64,000 nucleotides of DNA from Justusliebigvirus alia, in sequence record OZ035799.1, one strand, 5' to 3'. Shown here piece after piece: positions 44,871 to 54,021 of this stretch (positions within the stretch are counted from its first letter, which is position 1; each line of letters starts with the position of its first letter). The position numbers and the translations under genes are program-made. Under the pieces are notes generated by a model. The model was not told the origin of the DNA and searched no databases. It saw nothing but the letters and a program-made list of their open reading frames with translations.

Positions 44871-45391
44871 ACAACCTCCTCGTAGTTGTTATTGTGTTTT
44901 ACTGTCTCAACATACAATAAAGATTCCATCTGTAATACATTACCAGAAATAATAAACCCATAGGCCATTTCAGATGTGTCTATATCATATGCCCCGTCTT
45001 CCGGTTTAGCAAAGTGTAAAACTATTTCATCTGGGTTTTCTTCATCCCATAGTTTAGAAATTTTCCGAACCAGAATGTTCGCTAAAATAGTTGACATTCG
45101 GGATAAAGCTGTATCCTCATATCTTTTAAAACCTAGCCAATAGAGGTTAAGAATTTCTACTTCTTCTTGTGTTAAGTTTTTGTCTAAAGTAATCAGATCT
45201 GTAGAGCACGGCGTTTTTGTTGAACCTACTGTTACAAAACCTGGGGTGTTATGAAAAACAATCTTAACTTTATCACGTATAAAGTTTAAACCTTGTGCCT
45301 CAACTATATATTGTATTGTAGGTACAATATCGTTTGTTACATCAATAAAACTATCTTTAATGACGCTTATATTATTTCTGGACAAGACCAT
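44867..45391 (-). CDS. hypothetical protein
   Basis: 174 aa ORF. Confidence 0.5.
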   Translation of the reverse strand: MVLSRNNISVIKDSFIDVTNDIVPTIQYIVEAQGLNFIRDKVKIVFHNTPGFVTVGSTKTPCSTDLITLDKNLTQEEVEILNLYWLGFKRYEDTALSRMSTILANILVRKISKLWDEENPDEIVLHFAKPEDGAYDIDTSEMAYGFIISGNVLQMESLLYVETVKHNNNYEEVV

Positions 45392-45953
45392 TCTCCTCTA
45401 AAATAGGCTTAATAAATTCGAAAATTTGTTTTTTACTTTTACCTCGAATATTAAAACAAGGAACATTAAACTTTTTAGCCAACATCCAAGCTGTTCTTGT
45501 ACCACCTAAAGGATCTCCATTTTTATCTGTATTTGCACAAGCTAAAAGAAAACAAGATGGTTTTGGATTCTCAAGATCTCTTCCAAGAACTTGGTGGATA
45601 TTTCTTTGATGTAATTTTTTAGCACCTTGAGATAATCTGTCCCAAGCTGGATGCAATTCTTTTGCATATTGCAAGGTTAAAGCATAGTTTACACTATCTG
45701 GTCTATCAAGAACAATAACCTCTCCCTCTATCTCATTACCTTTAAACGAGAGCCAAGGAATGTATATTTCTTTCTTTGTATTGTTCCCACTCTCATATAC
45801 CCCGCATTCAAATGCGGAATCTGCACCTTCTGCTTTACCAGATCGCAAAATGAACCATGTAGATAACCATTTTGCAACAGATACCATAGTATCCCATTCT
45901 TCGTCTGTAATATCTCTGCTACCAACACCTGTGTAGAATAAATCGCTCATGGT
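45372..45953 (-). CDS. DprA/SLOG-like Rossmann-fold protein (putative nucleotide-binding)
   Basis: YTGVGSRDITDEEW ... ILRSGKAEGADSAFE resembles the GSR...SG.A.GAD signature of DprA/SMF-type Rossmann domains; start set to MSDLFY. Confidence 0.4.
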   Translation of the reverse strand, partial: TMSDLFYTGVGSRDITDEEWDTMVSVAKWLSTWFILRSGKAEGADSAFECGVYESGNNTKKEIYIPWLSFKGNEIEGEVIVLDRPDSVNYALTLQYAKELHPAWDRLSQGAKKLHQRNIHQVLGRDLENPKPSCFLLACANTDKNGDPLGGTRTAWMLAKKFNVPCFNIRGKSKKQIFEFIKPILEENGLVQK

Positions 45954-45960
45954 TTTCTCC

Positions 45961-46281
45961 TTAACAAGTAATATTGGGAGTAACAATTGGATTAACAATT
46001 GGAGTGATAGGGTACGTAAACCAAGGGCTTCCAATTTCCCAAGGATTATAAGGTCTACGAGGATCAAATGGAGGAGTTACTTCAGGCTTTTTCCAAATCT
46101 CCGCTAGTTGTTTCTTCCATTTATCCCTTGCTGTCTCATTATCTTCATCCAACTGTTCATCATTATCTTTTATTTCTGGTTTTGGAAATAAAAGCTCTTT
46201 GACTAACTCAACATCTTCCGTCTCAATAGTAGTTTCTTTCGTAAGTTCTCCTACTGTTTCTTTAATTGTGATTTTATACAT
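45961..46281 (-). CDS. hypothetical Pro-rich protein
   Basis: 106 aa, C-terminal PPFDPRRPYNPWEIGSPWFTYPITPIVNPIVTP. Confidence 0.45.
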   Translation of the reverse strand: MYKITIKETVGELTKETTIETEDVELVKELLFPKPEIKDNDEQLDEDNETARDKWKKQLAEIWKKPEVTPPFDPRRPYNPWEIGSPWFTYPITPIVNPIVTPNITC

Positions 46282-47027
46282 TAGTCCTCCTCTAAAGTAG
46301 AATAAAATTGTAACGTATTTGAATCATCAAAATATGCAAAGGTTAAATTACCATTGAAGCAAGATCCTGTGTCCATATATACCCTATTACTGCTAATTAC
46401 AGGCTTAGGAACATAAGAATGCCCGTGAAATACATAATCTACTCCTGAAACTCTAGGAAGAAGAATCCCTTCAAGTGCGCAATCTATCATATCACGATCC
46501 CACATTAAAGATTCTGTGAATCGAGAAACTTGCTCTTTATTCATATTCAAACAAAATGGCAAAACTTCTGTCACTGGTAAATGTTCCAAAACTGAAGGAT
46601 ACCCACCGTGAATAAAGCCTAGTTTCATATTACGATAATTGACAACAAGTACAACAGGTAAATCTTCTAGCATCAAAGCAAGAGCAGTTGCACCCTCTTC
46701 TCCACACTCGTCTAGAACTGTATGGCCTCCGTTCTGAAACCAACATTCGTAATATCGTCTATCACCTTCTAGCAACCCTTTAATCATCATATCTTCATGA
46801 TTTCCACGAATACCATAACGATTTAGCTTTCTGGTGAATTCAACAACACAACGAAAATTCTGCTTGCCGCGATCTGTAAGATCTCCTAGAGATACAACAA
46901 CATCTTGATCTCGGATACCTAAAGTATTAACACCTTTCTGGTACAAATCAAAGCAACCATGTAAATCACCAATAATAAACAGGTCTTGATCATCTTTTAC
47001 ACTAATTTCTTGATATACTAACATCAA
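46281..47027 (-). CDS. Ser/Thr protein phosphatase (calcineurin-like metallophosphatase)
   Basis: IIGDLHGC, SLGDLTDRG, GNHE metallophosphatase motifs. Confidence 0.8.
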   Translation of the reverse strand: MMLVYQEISVKDDQDLFIIGDLHGCFDLYQKGVNTLGIRDQDVVVSLGDLTDRGKQNFRCVVEFTRKLNRYGIRGNHEDMMIKGLLEGDRRYYECWFQNGGHTVLDECGEEGATALALMLEDLPVVLVVNYRNMKLGFIHGGYPSVLEHLPVTEVLPFCLNMNKEQVSRFTESLMWDRDMIDCALEGILLPRVSGVDYVFHGHSYVPKPVISSNRVYMDTGSCFNGNLTFAYFDDSNTLQFYSTLEED

Positions 47028-47350
47028 CTCTCCTCAAAATCCATAAGTATAAAGATATTAACTTTACCTTCTATATTATGTTCTACAACAAGATCTGCAA
47101 ATTCTTTGTAGGCTTTTTCTTCTATTTGTTCAATGTGAGACGCTACATCTTTGTATATAGCGTCACCATCTACTTTAACAAGGAGGAATAGAGATCTTAC
47201 TTCAATCTCTTTATTTTTACGGGGTAGAAAATCGACGGCTTCTTGTATACGCCAGCCGAGATACCCTGGAGTCCTTTGAATATCCTCCAAATGACTTTCT
47301 AAGATTTCCCTTCCTTTGTCTATTAAAGCCTGTTCTGTCGTTATTTTCAT
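47024..47350 (-). CDS. hypothetical protein
   Basis: 108 aa ORF. Confidence 0.5.
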   Translation of the reverse strand: MKITTEQALIDKGREILESHLEDIQRTPGYLGWRIQEAVDFLPRKNKEIEVRSLFLLVKVDGDAIYKDVASHIEQIEEKAYKEFADLVVEHNIEGKVNIFILMDFEES

Positions 47351-47360
47351 CCCCTTCTCC

Positions 47361-47933
47361 TTAATGTGTTAATGAAACTGCGTAGCTAAACACAGGTTCA
47401 GATATTACATCGGCTACAGTAATAAAAACGTCTTCGTCTTGAGTTGTTTCTACACGACATACAGTTACACCATTCACCACGAATTCAACGCAATGTGGAA
47501 TATCTTCACAAACGAAGGTAGTGTAAGTAACACCCAAAGCATCATACAAAGATTTAACAGTGTTTGCAAGTGCCGCAGTTTCTTCTTTTTCTGAGACAAT
47601 GAATGCTGTAACAACAAGATTGTTTGCATAGTTTAGACTGTCCTCTATAGCCAATGATTTACAAGGTAGTAATGCAAAATATTTACCTGGTTTAATCAGA
47701 CCTGCTTCCCATTGATTCAAAATTGCCTGGGATGGTTTAGTAATATAAAACAGATTTTCACTTGGGTTATCAATATTACTTCTGGCGATACAACGTGAAG
47801 GATTATTAATATCAAATACATGATCAAAATCTACACAAACAGGTAAACTGAAAGGTGTGAATTTTTTACCTAATAATCCTATGGCTGATAATATGTTTGC
47901 TGTGCTTATCTTCCCGTTAAAAGCTAAACGCAT
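47361..47933 (-). CDS. hypothetical protein
   Basis: 190 aa ORF. Confidence 0.5.
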   Translation of the reverse strand: MRLAFNGKISTANILSAIGLLGKKFTPFSLPVCVDFDHVFDINNPSRCIARSNIDNPSENLFYITKPSQAILNQWEAGLIKPGKYFALLPCKSLAIEDSLNYANNLVVTAFIVSEKEETAALANTVKSLYDALGVTYTTFVCEDIPHCVEFVVNGVTVCRVETTQDEDVFITVADVISEPVFSYAVSLTH

Positions 47934-47944
47934 ATTTAACTCCT

Positions 47945-48148
47945 TTAACTAGCAACCGTAACTTCCGAACTTTCTTCTTTCGTACTGTCTACGATATGCC
48001 TGGTGGCAATATACGAGACTTGCCAGTTACCATCTGGTGTAGTCTCAATAAGTACCCTATCTACTTCGAGAAAATGCAAAAATTCAACCATCGCTCGCTT
48101 CGATAGGAATTGTTTTTTAACAGTCTCCTCAAAAGATTGAACTGCCAT
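47945..48148 (-). CDS. hypothetical protein
   Basis: 67 aa with AAGGAGGAAA SD. Confidence 0.45.
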   Translation of the reverse strand: MAVQSFEETVKKQFLSKRAMVEFLHFLEVDRVLIETTPDGNWQVSYIATRHIVDSTKEESSEVTVAS

Positions 48149-48157
48149 GTTTCCTCC

Positions 48158-48820
48158 TTATTTAATATTCAATTTTGCACAAAGACGTTGTACCGCTTTG
48201 GCATCGAACAAACTCCCACGAATAGTTCTCTTTCCTGATTCATTCAGATGCTTTGCAATCGTCATATATGGCGTTCTACAAGCTCTGTATGCAACTAAAG
48301 AATCTTTTAAAGAAAGCGCAAACTCTCTTGAGCGTTTTGCTTCTTCCGTTTTCGTATAATCTGTTCTTTTGTATTTAGGGTTTGCTGCACCAAGAAGCGT
48401 TCCCTTCGCTTTTGCTACCTTAAGGCTCTTCTTAACACGATCAGATATTGCACGAGCCTCTTCTTCTGCCAGAACTGCTAAAATATTTATTATCATATTT
48501 TCAGCGGAGGGCATAGTTGCAATCCGTACATTAATCATCTCTAACAAGGTTGCAACAGAAGCTGTGTTACGTCCAAGACGGTCAACCTTAGCAACAACAA
48601 GTGTAGCACCTGTTTCTTTGCAAAGATTAACAGCTTTTACAAGCTCTCTACGTTGCTTCCAATCGCCTTTACCAGAATAAAACTCTGCAAAGCTACCTAC
48701 AATAGTATAATTTTCTTGTGAATCCAGGAAGCGTTGGATATCTGCTTCCTGTGATTCTATACCATACTGGTTGCCTTGTTGTTTCTTCTTAGAAAGTCGA
48801 TGATACAGTACAAACTTCAT
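48158..48820 (-). CDS. serine recombinase (resolvase/invertase family)
   Basis: N-terminal VLYHRLSKKKQ with catalytic Ser context, GIESQ, VAKVDRLGRN; C-terminal helix-turn-helix-like segment; AGGAGG SD. Confidence 0.75.
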   Translation of the reverse strand: MKFVLYHRLSKKKQQGNQYGIESQEADIQRFLDSQENYTIVGSFAEFYSGKGDWKQRRELVKAVNLCKETGATLVVAKVDRLGRNTASVATLLEMINVRIATMPSAENMIINILAVLAEEEARAISDRVKKSLKVAKAKGTLLGAANPKYKRTDYTKTEEAKRSREFALSLKDSLVAYRACRTPYMTIAKHLNESGKRTIRGSLFDAKAVQRLCAKLNIK

Positions 48821-48877
48821 AATACCCTCCTGTTCTGTTGCAGGAAGTATGCACTACCTTAATGTTAAAGTCAACAG

Positions 48878-49081
48878 TTAAGTAGTGGTAATATCATCCT
48901 CTTGAATAGCAGGGTCAACTTCTGCAAAGATAGCCTCTACAGGAATTTCTTCACCTGCTATTCTAGAAAGAAGCACTGAACCAATAGCTTTTGCGTGTTC
49001 TTCGGATTCCGCATAAACATTAGTTCCTGTGTCTTTTTTCTTAGTTTCGTTAAAATATACCAGATAGTAATTGTATGCCAT
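48878..49081 (-). CDS. hypothetical protein
   Basis: Start at MAYNYYLVYF (track start is TTG). Confidence 0.4.
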   Translation of the reverse strand: MAYNYYLVYFNETKKKDTGTNVYAESEEHAKAIGSVLLSRIAGEEIPVEAIFAEVDPAIQEDDITTT

Positions 49082-49332
49082 TATTCTTCCCAATCGTTGT
49101 TACGAGCACTTTCAAGAACCTTGACAACTTCTGCATACTCTACAGCTAAACCAGCACACACTTCAGCTTGTTTTGCAATTGCTTGTTTAAAGAACATAGC
49201 GATTGCAACACTCTGTGTTGTGTGAATGTTATCTGCTTTAGTTGATACATGAAGATCAAAATCTTCTTCATCAAAGGTGAGTTCCATAGTAACAATAAAT
49301 TTCTCGGTCATAAAAATGCTCCTCTTAAACAA
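49081..49332 (-). CDS. hypothetical protein
   Basis: 83 aa ORF. Confidence 0.45.
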   Translation of the reverse strand: MFKRSIFMTEKFIVTMELTFDEEDFDLHVSTKADNIHTTQSVAIAMFFKQAIAKQAEVCAGLAVEYAEVVKVLESARNNDWEE

Positions 49333-49834
49333 AATAGAAAGGTTGAGTTAAACCCAGCCTGTTTTTTGGGTCGTAGACGTACCAAGCATATGCTGTCTTG
49401 TCAGTACCACCTGCAACAAAAGATGGTCGTTCAGAAAGAACGATCAAATTTGTTGGTGGATTCTGTTTATGGAATTCCCTTCGTTTAATAGACTCTAGGA
49501 ACCCAAGACGCAACAAGTATATGCAAACGTCTGCTTCTTTTAAGCTCTTTTGCAAGAACTCAAGTGCAAGTCTGAATGGTGGATTTGTGATTATAATATC
49601 CGGCTTAGTATGCCATTCGTGGTTAAAATAATCCTTCCCTTCTTCTAACTCACAATATTCTGATCCTTCTGGAAAATGTTGATAAATTGCAGCAGCAGCG
49701 CCTTTACACGGTTCTGCAAAAATAAAACCTTCTTCTTTAAGGTTATTAAAATCTATTACACTAAATAATGCATTTATACATTTTTGTGGAGTAGGATAGT
49801 AATCAGTTGGTGGACGATCATACTTATTTGCCAC
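49325..49834 (-). CDS. DNA methyltransferase (amino-MTase, likely N6-adenine)
   Basis: Motif IV IIITNPPF and SAM-binding-like FAEPCKGAAA. Confidence 0.6.
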   Translation of the reverse strand: MANKYDRPPTDYYPTPQKCINALFSVIDFNNLKEEGFIFAEPCKGAAAAIYQHFPEGSEYCELEEGKDYFNHEWHTKPDIIITNPPFRLALEFLQKSLKEADVCIYLLRLGFLESIKRREFHKQNPPTNLIVLSERPSFVAGGTDKTAYAWYVYDPKNRLGLTQPFYFV

Positions 49835-50252
49835 TACTTAAAATCTCCTCTTTTGTGATTTCAGGGTCTTCTTCAAAAACCATAATATCTCTTAAGAACG
49901 TTAATTCTTCCATAGATACTGGTATTGTATCTTCTTCTGTTTTTCGTTTACATAAATCGTCAAGAAAGTTTTTAAAGTTTTCTGACAAATCATAAAATTT
50001 CAACAGTTGATAATCACAGGAGGAGATCCTATCTAGTTCTAACATTCTTTCTAAGATATTTTCTGTGTTGCCGTACAACACACGAACTTCTCCAAAAGGG
50101 TTGACTGAATATTGTGAAGTTCTGAACCATCCCTTTTTAGATACAGTGTAACGCTGTTCTGCTAAACTTTCAATAAAATTTTTAGCTCTTTTACAGTTTT
50201 GTTCTAAAGAGTAGTAGGCTTTTTCTACAAAGGTTACAGGTACTGGTAACAT
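49824..50252 (-). CDS. hypothetical protein
   Basis: 142 aa ORF with GGAGGAGA SD. Confidence 0.5.
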   Translation of the reverse strand: MLPVPVTFVEKAYYSLEQNCKRAKNFIESLAEQRYTVSKKGWFRTSQYSVNPFGEVRVLYGNTENILERMLELDRISSCDYQLLKFYDLSENFKNFLDDLCKRKTEEDTIPVSMEELTFLRDIMVFEEDPEITKEEILSSGK

Positions 50253-50265
50253 ATCTCCTCCTAAT

Positions 50266-50285
50266 AACCCCCCTTGAAGGGGGTT
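50266..50285 (-). terminator. rho-independent terminator (minus strand)
   Basis: AACCCCCCTTGAAGGGGGTT hairpin preceded on top strand by TAATAA. Confidence 0.5.
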
Positions 50286-50294
50286 TATACTAGA

Positions 50295-50948
50295 TTAATT
50301 ATCAGAGGACACTTTATCAAGTTTTTCAGAGACTGTCAATACTTTTTCTTGTGATTCTTTCATTTCTGCTAAAATACTTTCAGCTTCATCACTATCAGGA
50401 TCACCAGTCAACAGCATACTAATTAGTTGCTCCTTGCTGAAGTTCAGAATATCTTCCGCTGTTAGCTCCAGTTGTTCTTCGATCTCTTCGATAAAAGTTT
50501 CACCGCCGGAAAAAGCATCTCGTAGTTTTGCAACTTCCATCGCTTCTTCTGGAGTTGCCCCTGCATCTAAAGCTGCTAAAGCAAAATCTGCCCCACTACC
50601 AACAGCATAATAATCTTCAGTTAAAGGATATGCTCGCGTGGGATTATTACCCTCGTGCATATAAATTTTACCGTCTGGGTGAACAACCAATGCCACAAAC
50701 TCTTCATCTTCTTTATCAGGATCTGACTGGATCACCAAACCTGGGATTGTCTCTTGTGCTGCTTGGCATTGTAAGTTTTGTTCGAACCAAGAAAAGAAAG
50801 TCAGGATAGAAGACAGACGTCCTGCACCACCAACAAGGTAATCCCCAATTTTACGCACTTTCTTGAAATTTAAAGTGTCTACACGACTACCTACTGTTAC
50901 TTTACCGTCAGACAGAATTTTGTTACGTGTTGCAATAATTGTTGTCAT
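50295..50948 (-). CDS. HslV/proteasome-beta-like Ntn-hydrolase with acidic C-terminal extension
   Basis: N-terminal MTTIIATRN (Thr after Met), YAVGSGADFALAAL resembling the HslV GSG motif. Confidence 0.5.
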   Translation of the reverse strand: MTTIIATRNKILSDGKVTVGSRVDTLNFKKVRKIGDYLVGGAGRLSSILTFFSWFEQNLQCQAAQETIPGLVIQSDPDKEDEEFVALVVHPDGKIYMHEGNNPTRAYPLTEDYYAVGSGADFALAALDAGATPEEAMEVAKLRDAFSGGETFIEEIEEQLELTAEDILNFSKEQLISMLLTGDPDSDEAESILAEMKESQEKVLTVSEKLDKVSSDN

Positions 50949-51439
50949 TGTACTTCCTCCTGTAGTGTTTTAAGGACTGCTTTACCACCGCTTACATATT
51001 TACGGAGGTAATCAATAGCTCTTAGTGTTTCTTTATCCACAAGAATTTTATTAGTTCTTGTTAGTGGATGATTTAGTAAATCACTGCAATTTCTTACTAA
51101 CATAGATTTCTTGTGAAAGATACTGCTAAGAAAAAGAAGTTTAGAATCTTCTTCATCAATCAGGAGTAATTCTGAATTAGACCCAGCTATATTTATTATA
51201 CACTCAAACAAGCCTTCTTGACTATCAGATAATTCCTGGTAATATTTAGTTAGCCAATCCTCGCCTTTTAACCAACTAAAAAACATCTGAACTTTTTGCA
51301 AAGTTGTCATGTTCTCTAAACGAAGAGATATTTCTTTTTCAATCTTGTCAATATAAATCTGTCTAAACTCATTCGGCTTAACTAAGCCAGCTTGATAGCA
51401 TTCATCAATACCATTGCGATCAATCTCAATTAGCGTCAT
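50945..51439 (-). CDS. hypothetical protein
   Basis: 164 aa ORF. Confidence 0.5.
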   Translation of the reverse strand: MTLIEIDRNGIDECYQAGLVKPNEFRQIYIDKIEKEISLRLENMTTLQKVQMFFSWLKGEDWLTKYYQELSDSQEGLFECIINIAGSNSELLLIDEEDSKLLFLSSIFHKKSMLVRNCSDLLNHPLTRTNKILVDKETLRAIDYLRKYVSGGKAVLKTLQEEVQ

Positions 51440-51475
51440 TTAACCTCCATAACAGGCATCCTTGCCTTGTAATTA

Positions 51476-52228
51476 TTAATATACTTCCGTAATGAACTGA
51501 GACAAACGGGAACGTTGGTTATCAGCAGTTGTCATTTCAACATAACCAATAAAATCCACAATAGCTTCCCTTTCTCCTTCTTCATTAATAGGAACAACAC
51601 GATCTAACAAATCACCTAACCCGTTAGCTCTTCGTTTAATTGCATATGTTTGATTAACATCACCCATAATGACAATACGTGTATTAAGACCTGCTCGCTC
51701 AAGGAGAAGTTTTACTGTATTTGGTGACATAAGTTGAACTTCATCAATAAGAATAATGCTGTTATCCCACGTAGCACCTAGTGCATAGTTTGGAATATTA
51801 AGTTCAATTTTGCCACTTGCAATATCGTTTTCCAATTTATTTGCAGTCATAAACTGTTGGAAAATTCTTTTAGTTGATTCATAGTGTGCTGCTAGTTTAT
51901 CAGTCTTATCTCCAGATAAGAAACCAATTTGATCATCACCTACTTCTGTCGGGTTTTTAAGGAAAATCAACTTTCTGAAATCACCAGCTTTAAGCATTTG
52001 CAATGCTTTCCATAGTGCTGTTGTTGTTTTTCCTGTTCCTGCTGGGGCATTAACAATGGTTAAATCATTCCAAACCATGCTTCTTACAATAGCTTCTTGA
52101 TTCCCAACAGGGGTAAATTCATCAAGACGGTAATCATCATTTCCTACTGCTTTAGCCGCATAACGACTGGCACGTTTGTCATCATTGGCTGCTGATTGAC
52201 GACGAGCCTTTGCGGTTTTGTTTCCCAT
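51476..52228 (-). CDS. phoH: PhoH-like ATPase
   Basis: Walker A NAPAGTGKTTTA, Walker B ILIDEVQ. Confidence 0.8.
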   Translation of the reverse strand: MGNKTAKARRQSAANDDKRASRYAAKAVGNDDYRLDEFTPVGNQEAIVRSMVWNDLTIVNAPAGTGKTTTALWKALQMLKAGDFRKLIFLKNPTEVGDDQIGFLSGDKTDKLAAHYESTKRIFQQFMTANKLENDIASGKIELNIPNYALGATWDNSIILIDEVQLMSPNTVKLLLERAGLNTRIVIMGDVNQTYAIKRRANGLGDLLDRVVPINEEGEREAIVDFIGYVEMTTADNQRSRLSQFITEVY

Positions 52229-52243
52229 GTTTGCACTCCTTAT

Positions 52244-52263
52244 AAAAGGGGCTTTCGCCCCTT
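52244..52263. terminator. bidirectional rho-independent terminator
   Basis: ATAAAAGGGGCTTTCGCCCCTTTGTTT. Confidence 0.6.
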
Positions 52264-52266
52264 TGT

Positions 52267-52767
52267 TTAGTTATAAGCGTCTAATGTTCCAGTTTTAAGT
52301 ACCTGAATTACACGCTCTGCGCGATTAGGCGTTTGGCGATACCATTTACTTTTACGTAAATTTATAGAGGCTTGAGTATAATATGAATTACTCACTAAAG
52401 TCAAGCTATTTTTGAAAGATTCTGCACCTTTCAACCCCATTTGAAATACCATATTAATAATAGCCATTTTACGATTAGGACTTACTTTATCGTAAATAGG
52501 AGATAGTATGGTACTTGAATGGATTTGTTGTATCGCTTTCTTTACATCACTCTCAAAGATTTTTCTAACTTCCGCTTCAGTAATAACTCCATTGGTTTTT
52601 CTACCTACTAAGTTATCAAGAATGCGTATAGCTTCTGCTTTATCTTTGCGTTTTGTCAGAAGGTGTCCAATACCAACTGTCCAATACCCTTCGGTATCAG
52701 GATATACAGTTAGCTTTAGTCCTTCATCAAAACGTAACATATCAAACACATCAACTACTTTAGCCAT
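52267..52767 (-). CDS. T4-type lysozyme (endolysin, glycoside hydrolase family 24-like)
   Basis: FDMLRFDEGLKLTVYPDTEGYWTVGIGHLLT ... INMVFQMG ... SKWYRQTPNRAERVI closely parallels T4 lysozyme including catalytic Glu/Asp/Thr region. Confidence 0.85.
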   Translation of the reverse strand: MAKVVDVFDMLRFDEGLKLTVYPDTEGYWTVGIGHLLTKRKDKAEAIRILDNLVGRKTNGVITEAEVRKIFESDVKKAIQQIHSSTILSPIYDKVSPNRKMAIINMVFQMGLKGAESFKNSLTLVSNSYYTQASINLRKSKWYRQTPNRAERVIQVLKTGTLDAYN

Positions 52768-52779
52768 GTTTTCCTTATA

Positions 52780-52923
52780 TCAGTCGCCCTCCCCATGATC
52801 TAGCTCTTGAAACAGTAGGTGTTCAGGAGACATTTCACGTTTAGGCTTCGTCTTTTTAGTTTGGGACTTAAGCTCTGTTGCCAAAGCACGAGAAAAGATC
52901 TTACGTTTCTGTTTACCTTTCAT
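52780..52923 (-). CDS. hypothetical small basic protein
   Basis: 47 aa (MKGKQKRKIFSRALATELKSQTKKTKPKREMSPEHLLFQELDHGEGD); GGAG SD; not in track. Confidence 0.3.
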   Translation of the reverse strand: MKGKQKRKIFSRALATELKSQTKKTKPKREMSPEHLLFQELDHGEGD

Positions 52924-52927
52924 ATTG

Positions 52928-53194
52928 TTACTCCGCAATCTGAGCCATGAATTCACGTAGTTCAGAAAAACCTCCTACGTGGGTTAGCTGTTCACCATCT
53001 TCCACAAAAATCTGAGGAAATGTGCGTGGTAGAACACCTGTTTTCTCTAAAACCAGATTCTGAATCTGATCTAAAGAATAGTCTTCATCTAAGGTAAGAT
53101 ATTTAAAATCCTGTTCACGCTGTTCTAGTAGAATCTTAGCGTTAGTGCAGAAAGGACAATTTGGTTTACCGTAGATAATAAAATTCATTTTCAC
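52928..53194 (-). CDS. glutaredoxin (NrdH/Grx-like redoxin)
   Basis: IIYGKPNCPFCTNAK active-site CPFC motif. Confidence 0.75.
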   Translation of the reverse strand: MKMNFIIYGKPNCPFCTNAKILLEQREQDFKYLTLDEDYSLDQIQNLVLEKTGVLPRTFPQIFVEDGEQLTHVGGFSELREFMAQIAE

Positions 53195-54021
53195 TCCTTG
53201 TTTAAAAGTATAGTTAAAGTTCTTACAATACCGCTATCAACACTTCGCGGATTTAAAGTAGGATCTGTTTTTAAATAAGATGTTGCTGGTCTGACTGCTT
53301 TGGAATTATAGGTTGAAGCAGATACAGGATTAACTGTAACAGATAAATCTATAACAAGAAATATCTTTCGTGCAAAATCATACCAAGAAATATAATCTGC
53401 ACCTGCATAGTGTACAATTTTACTATTTACACCATCTTTTACAAGTTTAAAAATTGTTTCTGCAAGATCAGGTGCATAAGTAGGACATGACAAATGATCA
53501 CATACTACATTAAATTCTTTTTGACCACCGTTGTAGCGTTCCAACATAGTTTTCAAAAAGTTATGTCCAAATTCACTATAAACAGAAGCTGTTCTGATAA
53601 TAAGTGCTGTAGGACAAACTGTTTGTACTAAAGTTTCACCTAATTGTTTACTGTAACCGTAGGTGTTCAAGGGGTTTGTTTTACTATCTTCTGTGCCAGC
53701 AACACGCCCATCAAAAACATAGTCTGTTGAAATATGTACAAACTGTATCAGTAAATCATTACATGCTTTGGCAATGTTTGTTGCACCGTATGCATTAACA
53801 TTTATACAGGTGTTAACATCTTCTTCAGCTTTATCTACTGCCGTGTAAGCCGCACAATTCACAACAACATCAGGCACATGCTGTACAAGACTATTCATAA
53901 CATCTTTAAAGTTGGTAATGTCTACATCACTTGCTTCAATCAAAATAACATCTTCGGGCGCAACTTTTGCCAAAGACTGTCCTAATTGACCTTTTGAACC
54001 AAAGATTAAAAATTTTGTCAA
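53191..54021 (-). CDS. rmlD: dTDP-4-dehydrorhamnose reductase
   Basis: FGSKGQLGQ N-terminal NAD(P)-binding motif, STDYVFDG, YGYSK. Confidence 0.8.
   Translation of the reverse strand: MTKFLIFGSKGQLGQSLAKVAPEDVILIEASDVDITNFKDVMNSLVQHVPDVVVNCAAYTAVDKAEEDVNTCINVNAYGATNIAKACNDLLIQFVHISTDYVFDGRVAGTEDSKTNPLNTYGYSKQLGETLVQTVCPTALIIRTASVYSEFGHNFLKTMLERYNGGQKEFNVVCDHLSCPTYAPDLAETIFKLVKDGVNSKIVHYAGADYISWYDFARKIFLVIDLSVTVNPVSASTYNSKAVRPATSYLKTDPTLNPRSVDSGIVRTLTILLNKE

Noticed and set aside
48158-48820. Serine recombinase as a prophage integrase marking a lysogenic element
   Set aside because: Resolvase-size (220 aa), not a large serine integrase; no repressor, excisionase or attachment-site evidence, and the surrounding gene content is that of a virulent phage.
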